In this document: in pieces, positions 27,780 to 37,652 of the stretch
Layout: each line of letters begins with the position of its first letter
How positions within the stretch are numbered: position 1 is the first letter of the stretch
Assembly (NCBI RefSeq): GCF_018350175.1
Contig: NC_058381.1
Span: 2,480,001-2,544,000 of the forward strand
DNA length: 64,000 bases
Direction: 5' to 3'
From: Felis catus
Taxonomy: Eukaryota
The notes under the pieces: generated by a model
Databases searched by the model: none
Told to the model about the DNA's origin: nothing
What the model saw: the letters and a program-made list of their open reading frames with translations, nothing else
Program-made: the position numbers and the translations under genes

Positions 27780-27974
27780 GGAACATAAGTGGACAAGCTC
27801 CGTCCCTCCCCCGATTTGTCCACAGAGGGGGCGGAGGGTGAGTGCCCAGTCTCCTGCCCCCCTTCTTTCCACCCCGCCCCTGCCCAGGGACAACCTTTAA
27901 CCCAACACCAACTGCCTGTCCCCAACACATTGTCCCCAGGGTGATCTGAGCCACAGAGAGGACCGCGGCCGATT
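27780..27974 (+). promoter_or_regulatory. SHBG: SHBG proximal promoter (TATA-less; HNF4/DR1-like ACAACCTTTAACCC at 27890-27903)
   Basis: Position upstream of the ATG; motif resembles the human FP1 element as I recall it. Confidence 0.6.
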
Positions 27975-30900
27975 ATGGAGAGCAGAGGCCCACTGGCCGC
28001 ATCGCCGGGGCTGCTGCTGCTGCTGCTGCTGCTGCCGCTGCCACCTCACGGCCACCAGGTAAGGGCCCTGAGACAGTCTCTCTACCCAGGTGCAGGATTA
28101 GGACAAGGTGCTCAGCCCGTGTGTGCGTAGAAACGAGCTACCCTTCGGCTCTGCCCTCTTCCTTCCTCTCCTCTTCGTGCGGTAGCCTGTGTCTCTCCTG
28201 CCGTCGTCGCTGGGTCTCTGGCGTGTCTTCCTACCTTGTTTATTTTCTCTCTCTGATAGAGGATCCAGGACCCTCCTGCTGTGCACCTCAGCAGTGGCTC
28301 AGGACAAGAGCCTATCACCATCATGACCTTTGACTTCACCAAGATCAGGAAGTATGAGGTTGACATAGCCCCTTGACCTGGTCCCCTGACCCTACCTTCT
28401 GTGCCTCGGGTCTTCACTTTTCCCTGCTTCCCTCTCCGCCGCTTCACCATCCCTGACCCCGCTTTTGTCCCCACAGGCCATGCCCCACGCACCATCTTTC
28501 CTTCTGTGTCCTTCCAGAACCTCTTCCTCCTTTGAGCTTCGAACCTGGGATCCAGAGGGAGTGATTTTTTATGGCGATACCAACCCCCAGAAGGACTGGT
28601 TTGTGCTGGGGCTTCGAGATGGCAGGCCCGAGATCCAAATGCGCAACCACTTGGCCCAGCTTACGGTGGGCGCCGGGCCCCGGCTGGACGATGGGAAGTG
28701 GCACCAGGTGAGCCAGGCCCGGGCCTGCGCTGGCCTGCGGAAGGGGAACAGAACCGGGTCTCCGGGCAACCCCTTACCACCGTCGTCTTATTTGACCCGC
28801 AACGAAACCGCTATGGAGTTGCGATTCTTGTCTCCCATTTTTTCAGAGGGGAATCTGAGGCTCAGGTCCTGAGCGAGCCCAGGATGCTAGCTGCCTCCAC
28901 AAGTCCGTGTTCTTTCTGCTATACTTGGCTGCCTCTGCAGAAGGCGGTGGAGGCAGGCCCCAGGGGCCTCTGATTCAGCTTTGCTTCGCCCCGTCCGGCA
29001 GGTGGAAGTGAAGGTCCTCGGGGATTCGCTGCTGCTGAGTGTGGATGGGGAGGAGGTGCTGCGCCTGAGACAGGTCTCTGGGCCTCTGGCCGGCAAAGTC
29101 CAGCCTGTCGTGAGGATTGCACTGGGGGGACTGTTGTTCCCTGTCTCCAGTCTCCGTTTGCCGGTAACCGACAGCACAAGGGTGGGAACCCACCCCAGGT
29201 GGTAAAGTGTTGCTGCCCGGGGGACCACGGGGGTCTAAGTCCACACTCTTAAAGGAGAGGGGACAGCATGCTAGCCGCGTGGGAGAGGCCAAAGGCTTGT
29301 GTCTCAGAGGAGAATAAACTGAGCGTGGAGAGGCTGGGACAGGGGTTCACGTGTCTTGATTGCCACATCCCCACATCTTCCCTTCCCTGCACCGGCTCCA
29401 GCTCGTCCCCACCCTGGATGGCTGTCTGCGCCGGGAAAATTGGCTGGACCAACAGGCCCAGACCTCGGTGTCTGCCCTGACCAGCAGCCTCAGAAGCTGC
29501 GCTGCAGAGTCCCAGCCTGGCACATTCTTCCCTCCGGGGACTCGAGCAGAATTCAGTCTCCAAGGTAAAGGCGGTTTTTCCCTCCATGGCCGGCCCTGTG
29601 TCTGCCTTCCCCTGTCTCCTTCCACCACTAGTTTGCCTCCTTCCTTGAGTCCCCAGCCTTGAGTCCTCAGAAAGGGTCACCCATCCCCCCACCCCAGACA
29701 TCCCCCAGCCTCATGCAGAGCCCTGGGCCTTCTCTCTGGACGTGGGACTCCAGCTGGCAGCAGGTTCTGGCCACCTCCTTGCCCTTGGGACCCCAGAAAA
29801 CCCTCCTTGGCTCAGCCTCCAGCTCCAAGATCAAGTAAGAGGGGGTGTTGCCTGTATTCAGTGGAGCCTGGGAGTGGCAGGGGGAAAGGGGGACCCCAAA
29901 CTGTCAATATTAGGAAAGCTTAAGGTGGACGGTAGGGACATATCTTGACACGGACCAGGGGCGCCTGGGTGGCTCTGGCGGTTGAGCGTCCGGCTTCAGC
30001 TCAGGTCATGATCTCACGGTCCGTGAGTTCGAGCCCCGCGTCGGGCTCTGTGCTGACAGCTCGGAGCCCGGAGCCTGCTTCGAATTCTGGGTCTCCCTCT
30101 CTCTCTGCTCCTCCCCTGCTCATGCTCTGTCTCTGTCTCTCTCTGTCTCTCAAAAATAAATATTAAAAAGAAAAGAAAAGAAAAGAAAACTGCCCACAGC
30201 AAGCAAATGGCGTTTATTTATTTATATTTGTTATTTATTTATTTATTTTTATAATTTTATTATTTATTTTGGAAAGAGAGAGCATGTGCATGTGCTAGCA
30301 GGGGAGAGGAGCCAAGAGGGGGAGAGAGAGAATCCTGAGCAGGCTCCATGCTCAGTGAGGAACCCACCGTGGGGCTCGATCCCACGATCCTGGGATCGTG
30401 ACCTGAGCCAAAATCAAGAGTCGGATGCTCAATGGATTCAGCCTCCCCAGGCGCCCCAAGATTTTATTTTTAAGTAATCTCTACACCCAACGTGGGGCTT
30501 GAACTTATAACCCCAAGATCAAGAGTCACATGCTCTACCGAGTGAGCCAGCCAGGTGCCCCTACAAATGGCTTTTATCTGGATCGCATTTACTTGGGATC
30601 GGTGTGGTTTTATGGAACATCAAGCCAGGAAGATTGGGGCAGCACGTAGGGGGCGGAAATGGTTGGCAGACAGAAGGTACCGCTCAGAGGCCCGACTGAG
30701 GCAGCAAGGGGTGTGGGCCACAGGGGTCCAGGCGGTTTGTTCTTTCCTCCCCCGGTCACGTCCCTGTCCCACACACTCCGCAGAAAGTGGTGCTGTCCTC
30801 TGCGTCGGGCCCACAGCTGGATCTGCCTCTGGTCTCGGGACCCCCTCTTCAGCTGAAGCTGGGCGAGTCTGGGGTAGTCTTGAGCCAGAGGCCTAAGAAG

Positions 30901-31392
30901 GAGATCCTTGCCCTGCCTCTCTTGGATCCTGCCTCCCTCCTCAACCTCTGGGTCCAGCCACAGGGGCGCCTCTTCCTGGGGGCTCTGCCAGGTAAGAGCG
31001 ATGTTCACGCTCCTCAGCACGCCGTTGGAATCAGCTAGAGGGAGAGGAGGAGAAGACAGGCAAGGCCATGTTTTTAGGGAAAGGAAACTTCTGGGAGCCT
31101 AGAAGAAGAGGCCACAAGAAGAGAGCGGATAAAGGACCAGTGAGAGGAAGTGCTTTAGAAAATTTAGGTCAGAGAGCTGGGGTGGGGAGGAGCTTTGTGG
31201 GTCCAAGCTGCCCTCATGACCCCTCTGTGTCCCCTCCCTCTAGGAGAGGCTTCTTCGGCCTCCTTTTGCTTGGATGGCCTTTGGGCACAAGGCCAGAAGT
31301 TGGACATGGACCGGGCCCTGAGCAGAAGTCAGGACATCTGGACTCACAGCTGTCCCCAGAGCCTAGGCAATGACACGGACAGCACCCATTAA
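27975..31392 (+). CDS. SHBG: Sex hormone-binding globulin / androgen-binding protein (two laminin-G domains), about 394 aa, 8 exons
   Basis: Exons 27975-28058 ([13 protein letters not shown]8PLPPHGHQ; see finding on donor choice), 28260-28351, 28518-28707 ([22 protein letters not shown]), 29002-29163, 29402-29564, 29698-29834, 30784-30991, 31244-31392 (...[17 protein letters not shown]). Total 1185 nt in frame. Confidence 0.93.
28011..28034 (+). repeat. (CTG)8 poly-Leu tract in the SHBG signal peptide
   Basis: Eight consecutive CTG codons. Confidence 0.9.
29958..30562. mobile_element. Three CanSINEs in SHBG intron 6 (+ 29958-30190; - ~30215-30456; - ~30460-30562)
   Basis: SINE heads and tails in opposite orientations. 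Confidence 0.88.
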
Positions 31393-34327
31393 ACCCCCAC
31401 CTAAGAATCCCCTCGAATGTCACTCGTTCATTCGCTCGACACATCTTTACGGGGTATCTGCAACGTACCAGGCACTGCGCTGAGCGATGGGCTGTACTGA
31501 TGAGTAACCTCCCCCCCCCCCACCTTGTTTCCTGCCCTCTGGCTGCTCAAGGTCCCCCGGGGGAGGCAGACATCCATCAAAGACTAACAAGTAAGTGGAT
31601 AATCGGAAACTGATAAGCGCCGTAGAGGGAATTGTAAAAGCTTGAAGACCAGGGGCCTTAACCTAGTCTGGGGGTCCAGGCAAGCTTCCCGAGGAGGAGG
31701 AAGCCGTGACTTCTCAGCCTGGGAGTTCAGCAGCACCGACAGGCAGATGTGCGCACCAGATACGGGTCACTTTCTGGGAGCCGGGAGCCCCCCTCCTTCC
31801 CCAGCATTTCCTGCCTGTGGGGCTTTAGCATTCCCCTCGCGGAGGCTGGTCCTGAGAGGCCTGGAAGGAAGGGAAGAAATGGAATCCTGCTGTTCCCTTA
31901 GCCGGGCCACTGCTGTGCAAAGAAGGAGCAGCAGGGGGCATGGGAGAGCCCTAGAGGGAGGGGGGCGGGGGTTCTGGGGACCGGGGCGGAAGCAGCAGGG
32001 AGAAGGAAAAAGGGAGTGGGGCAGAGGGCGAAGCAGCCGGCATCTCTCCTAGTCTTGTCTCCGTCCCCTTGCTGCCTTCCCAGACCAACCCGTCTCTAGT
32101 CCGTTCAAGGAGAGCTGGTTTATGCTGGTCCCAGCTGGGAAAAACAGACAGATTCAGGAATATCTCTGCCCTCAGAGAATGTGGTGACCCAGTCCTCCGC
32201 CCCTTCCCGTCGCCTCGGCAGAATCTTGGTGTCCCAACCCCTACTTGGGGCACCCTCGGGAGCCCTGGCACCTCTTCTCCATCCTCTCCTCTCGAGGACT
32301 GTGTTAGCCCATCCCCCAACCCCCCAACCCATGGGGATCCCAGTGTCCCAGCCTCCTGGCTTCTTAAAATGATTTGCCTACCAGTCACCCTGTTGCCAGG
32401 GTGACTCACTCATTGGACCTGTCATCCCCTTCTGCAGGGATCAGCCAGGACCTAAGTGACCCCAGGGTAAGGAGGCTCCAGGACTGTGTCTGGGGTGGAA
32501 GACAGCCTAGGCTTCTCCCTGGACCCTCCCAGTCCCGAGTTTGCTGGTCTACAGCTGCTGCCACACAGGCAGAGTGCCTTTGGAGCGTCCTCAGCATGGC
32601 CAGGAAGCCCAGATTCAACTCTGGTCCCCTGGGCAATGTTTGGGGCCCACCTGGGCCATTGGGTATGTCCATTCGACCGATAGTCACTGAGGACCTACTG
32701 CGTATCAGGCATTGTTCTAGACGCTGAGGATGCCTGGATGAAAAACACAGACACGGTGCCTGCTTTTGTGGAGCTCACACTGGCGGGGAGGCGGGGGTGG
32801 GGGGTGGGCAGGGGGGAGGTGGGCAGGGGCAGACGGCCCGTAAGAAAAATAAATAAGCAAGATCATTTCAGGTGGCGGTTAGTGCTATAAAGGGAATAAT
32901 ATCCTGTAACGTAATAGAGGGCGGCAGTCGACAGACAGCCTTAGCCGGTGGTCAGGGAAGGCCTCTCTAAGGCAGTGTTACTTGAGCAAAGACTTGAATA
33001 ATGAAAAGAAACCAGTCCCGTGGGGGCCTCGGGTGTGAGCCAGTGGGGGGCGGGGAGGGAGAGTTAAAAGATCCAAACACACCTGGGTTCCCATCAAGGG
33101 GTTGTTCTGAGCAGCAGCTTCGTGAATTTTTGTCCCTGCGGATTCTTCCCCGGGGCTGGCTTTTCTCTCGTCCCTGCACCCCACCCCGTCCAGGACACCG
33201 TGCCCCCAACCTCTCTTTCTCCAGGCTGTCCTAGATTCCAGGATTCCTGATTACCATCCAGAGCTGTCTACACTCTTTCATTAAGACTGACTTTGCTCCG
33301 ACACAGACCCTGCCAGGCCCCCACCAAGGGCACCTACGGCGTCTGCCCAGTGTCCCCTGCCTCTCCCCCACCCTTGCGGACCTTTCCGGAACTTGGCAGG
33401 ATACCCCACAGCCTCCAGGCCTGGTCTACCCACTCACTCCACCTTCTGTGCTTCCCCTCTCTTCCCTCCCTCCTTCCCCTTCTCTTTTTCCTTCTTGTAA
33501 CCGAGTTTCTCCGCTCCGGGCGACCATCACCAGTGGCCATCTCCGGATGCTTTCACCCTGAAACACCGAAGCTCTGTCCCCGTTAAATAATAATCCCCCA
33601 CCCCCACGCACACACACACACGCACCCACATCTGTGTGTTAGAGCCCACTTCTTTCCTTGTTCTTGTCTCTGCTCAGGGCACGCAGACCTCATGACAGAC
33701 CCTGGATCTGGGAGAGGGGCTGTGGGAGTTTTTCTTCCCTTCCCTTGTTTCTGGAGATGCCGGAGGCAGGACTGGGTTCCGGGAGGAGGTTGGTTCTTTG
33801 ACCCCCATTCCTTCCTTCCTTCCTTAGCCAACTTCCCTGTGAACACCGATGCTGCAATGAATAGCAATGCTCCCTCCATCACACCCCTCCTCATGCTGAC
33901 CCTCACAGAGGGGAAGATGTGCACGGAACAGCAGGTTCCACAGCCTTCCCCTGAGACGTACGGACGCGTTCATTCTTTTCCGAGGGTGTACAGGACAGAA
34001 CTGAGCTAGCAGTCTGGAGGGCATCCCCAGGCCAGCGTCTGCCAGGCTGTGTGTGTTGAGGGTAGGGTCTAGGCCTCATCTCTCCAGATCGGACCTAGCT
34101 CAGTTTGATTCTCCTTGTCTCATGGAGGAAAGGGCAAGTTGCCTCCGCGCAGTTTCTAGCAGAAGGAGGCCTTCCATGTCTAAGTCCAATTGGGCAACCG
34201 GACGCTGTTTTCCATAGCTCTGTGGAGTGCTCGGGTATAGAGGGTATATACGACAGGGTATATAAGACAGAGGCCTGTTCTCGAAATGCTTGCAACCTGG
34301 TTGAAGAGATAAAATACCATAAGAGTC

Positions 34328-34555
34328 AGGGCGCCCGGGGGGCTCAGTGGGTTAAGCATCCAACTCTTGATTTCGGCTCAGATCATGATCTCACGGTTCG
34401 TGGGTTCTGGCCCCGCGTCGGGCTCTGTGCTGACAGCTCGGAGCCTGGAGCCTGACTCAGACTCTGTATCTCCGTCTCTCTCTGCCCCTCCCCTGCTCAT
34501 GCTCTGTCTCTCTCTCTCCCTCTCAAACATAAATAAACGTTAAAAAAAAAAAATC
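34328..34555 (+). mobile_element. CanSINE
   Basis: gggcgcccggggggctcagtgggttaagcatcc head, poly-A tail. Confidence 0.9.
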
Positions 34556-35283
34556 CAAACTATGCCCTTTGGCCTACAAGGACCTGTATGATGTGCCTAC
34601 CTCTCGGATCTCTTGCTGCGTTAATCTTGCTTTCTCTCGTTTGAAGCCCAGCTTTGGCACTTAGACTTTCCTCCTCCTGGAAGATTCTTCTCCTACAGTT
34701 CCCTGTGGTTCCTTGGGTTCCTTGGGTCTCACACTGAACGTTAGCTCTCCAGTAAGGCCCTCCCTGCCCATGCAGGGGCTCTCTGTCACACCACCCTGTT
34801 TTATTTTTTCTGCGTAATATTATACTACATTGTTTTAGTTGTTTGCTTGTTTTTTTCGTTTATTGGAACGAGAGTCCCAGGAGCACAGGGACCAGAACAG
34901 TGCCTGGCTCTAAGTAAATGCTCATTAGATACGCATTGAATGAATGAATGGGAGTTGCGGCTGGACTCTGAAGGGTGGGCAGCCTTCCAGGACAAGGGAA
35001 TGAAATGGACAAAGGTGTGAAGTCAGGAGTGAGCACAGCCTGTCCTAGGAGTGGCCGGGTCAGGCTCAGCTCCAGCAGAGGATCAGTTGGGTCCTAGTGG
35101 GAAAGGGGGCTGGGGACACAGGCTGGGGCTAGGCGCTGGAATGCCCTGAGGCTTAGACAAAAGAATCAGGGCTCCGTCCTGCACAGGGTGACAGGAAGCC
35201 AGTGAAGACCTTTGAGCTGAGGAGTGGCCTAATTAAAACTGTATCTGGAGAAAATTAATCCGGAGCCTGCAGAAGGGGCTAAG

Positions 35284-35996
35284 CAGAGCCCGCTGTATAA
35301 TTTGCAGGACCCGGTCCAAAACGAAGATGTGGGATCCCTTGTTCAGAAGGCAGGAAAAAAGTGCCGCTCACGGTACCGAAAGAGAGCATGTTTTCATTTC
35401 TTCCGTGGTTCTTTTCTCAACTTTTCATGGTTTTTCTTTTTTTTTTTTTTTTTTTTTTGCTATTTAACGTTGTTTGAAATAAAGAAAAATTAACTTTTTC
35501 CTGCCCTCCGCTTACTCATGAGCACGGAAGGACTAGAAGCCAAAGGAATTATGGGCAGCTCAGCTCTTCCCTTTCCTTCCCTGTCATCGTCGCCAGCAGA
35601 AGTGGTTGGCTGGATCAGGAAACAGCGGGACCCAGAAAGGGGAGGAGAAGAAGAAGATGCCTCAGTCACCCGTGTCTCCTAGAAGGCCGTGGCCTTCTAG
35701 GGTTCACGGCCTTCTAGGGTTCAAGGTCATGCAGCTGGACGCATAACACGCTTGCTGTCGCACGCCCGATGGGTCCACCGGAGTTCTACACCGGGCGGCC
35801 TCACGATGGCACGTTCCATACATCTCCTCGCTCACACGCGTCCTCCATCGTCCCGTTGGACTTCGCGCACAAATTGCAAGTTCGAAGATAAAATTATGAA
35901 GCGTTACGAGATGGTGAAAGCACCAAACCAGCCACATGGGCCATTCTGAGTGGGAGCTTTGGTTGAACAGACCCCCAAGTCCGTAAAGCTGGGCTG
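35284..35996 (+). mobile_element. MER45-like (hAT-Tip100) DNA transposon fossil
   Basis: Start cagagcccgctgtataatttgcaggacccggtccaaaacgaagatgtggg and end aagttcgaagataaaattat...gggccattctgag resemble the MER45 consensus as I recall it. Confidence 0.6.
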
Positions 35997-36879
35997 GAGG
36001 AAGAGAATTTGAGGAGGAGGGCGAGAGTCAGAACCTGGCAGTGGTGAGGACTAGAGCCAAGGAAATTGGGTGAGAGGCCGAAGGGGAAGAAACCCCTCTC
36101 CAAGGCAAAGCGACAAGATCCGAAGAGAGATGAGAAGAGAGAGGTCATGATTCTTAACTCGAGGTCTTTAGAGGCTCTTGTACCCCTCCCCCCCTCCCCA
36201 ACTAGACTGTGGGTCTCTGGAGCCCCGTGAGAACTGCGAGGTTGCCTCCCCAGGGCTAGAGTTGCACAAAGTCTCTAACAGGTGCTCAAATGGGCCATGT
36301 CCGTGGACCCCAGTGGGCAAATGGGGAGGGGGAGTTCACACCTGGGGGTTGGGGGGAGACACAACACCTGAGGAGATCTGGATCCCGGCTGGGGTCTCCG
36401 GGCAATGCCAGGGGCTAGGGATGTGGTGACAGGGAGAGTTGGGTGGGGACATGGGGAAGCCCCTAGGCTTGGAGAGAACCAGGGGCTGTGGGATTGGAGA
36501 AGGAGGTGTTGGGGGGAGCTGGTAGCGGCTCCCCCAAGGGGAATTTCCCTCCTGTGGTGGCTTCTCTCCATCCTGTGTGGCCTGTTCTAGCTTCCATCCC
36601 GGCGGGTCTAGCGCCCTGGCTGGTGCCTTCTGTTTTTCTTGGTCTCTGGCTCTTTCTCTATCCCTCTCACATTTGGCCCTGTCTGTCTCCGGATCTTAGT
36701 CTCCAACGGCCGGCCTGGGGCCCCTTCGCCGCAAAGATCGGCTTCCCTCTCCAGCTCTGTCTCTCTCCGGGGTTCCCTTTCCCTCCACTCCGCCCGGACA
36801 CGCCCTCCATCCCCTTCTTCCACCTGATCCACTGTGGTACCTGGGCTGGGGGGAGGGGAGAGACCTCCGGGTCTTAAAG

Positions 36880-37030
36880 AGGCGGCAGGGGGGCGGACCC
36901 AATCCCTCTCTCCATATTTGCATATGCATGAGGTCGCCCGGGCCAGCGGCGAGGAGGCGGGGCTTCTGGGGGTGGGAAGGGGGCGGGCCCCCCACCGCCG
37001 CCGAGTATAAAGACTGCGCGCCGAGACCGC
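36880..37030 (+). promoter_or_regulatory. ATP1B2: ATP1B2 core promoter: GC boxes, CCAAT, octamer ATTTGCAT (36916-36923), TATAAA (37006-37011)
   Basis: Motifs read directly, about 640 nt upstream of the ATG within a CpG island. Confidence 0.75.
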
Positions 37031-37652
37031 CGGCCCCGCACTGCTGAGGAGCGGAGCCTCCGCCCGGGGGACCCCCATCCCTGGCTGTCCCCCAATTGCG
37101 CGTCCCTGCCCCACCCCCGCGGCCGAGCCACCACTGGTGTGGCGGTCTCCGCTTGGCGGAAGAGCCTTGAGCGGCCACCCGGTCCCTCCCCACGGCCTCT
37201 TTGCATCTTGGATTTCGGGGCAGCCCCCTCCCCCACCCCTCCCTTGCCTCCTTGCACCCCTATTTTTTCTGCGCCTCGCTCGGGTTTTGCAGCCGTCTGT
37301 TTTTGCATCCCTTTTCATTTTGTTTCTAGAAGGTTTGGGGGGGTGAGGCTGCGTCGCACCCCTTCCTCTTTCTAACCTCCCCTGCTCTGACAGCCCCCTT
37401 TTCATCGGAGCCCGGGGGCGGGGTGGGGGGGCGCTAGGATCGGTGCATCCCACGCCGCGCTGCCAGCACCCCGCAGCGCGTGGCCGTGCACCCCGGAATT
37501 TGCAGCGGCTGCCCATCTGGGGAGGGTCTCCCTCGCCCCCGCTGCCTTCGCTCCCCGCGCGTTCCGGAGCGTGGCGGGGGGGCTTCTGCGCGCCGCACCC
37601 CAGCTTCTCCGCAGCCCCCCGCCCGGCGCGGGACTCGCCCCCCGCCGCCGAG

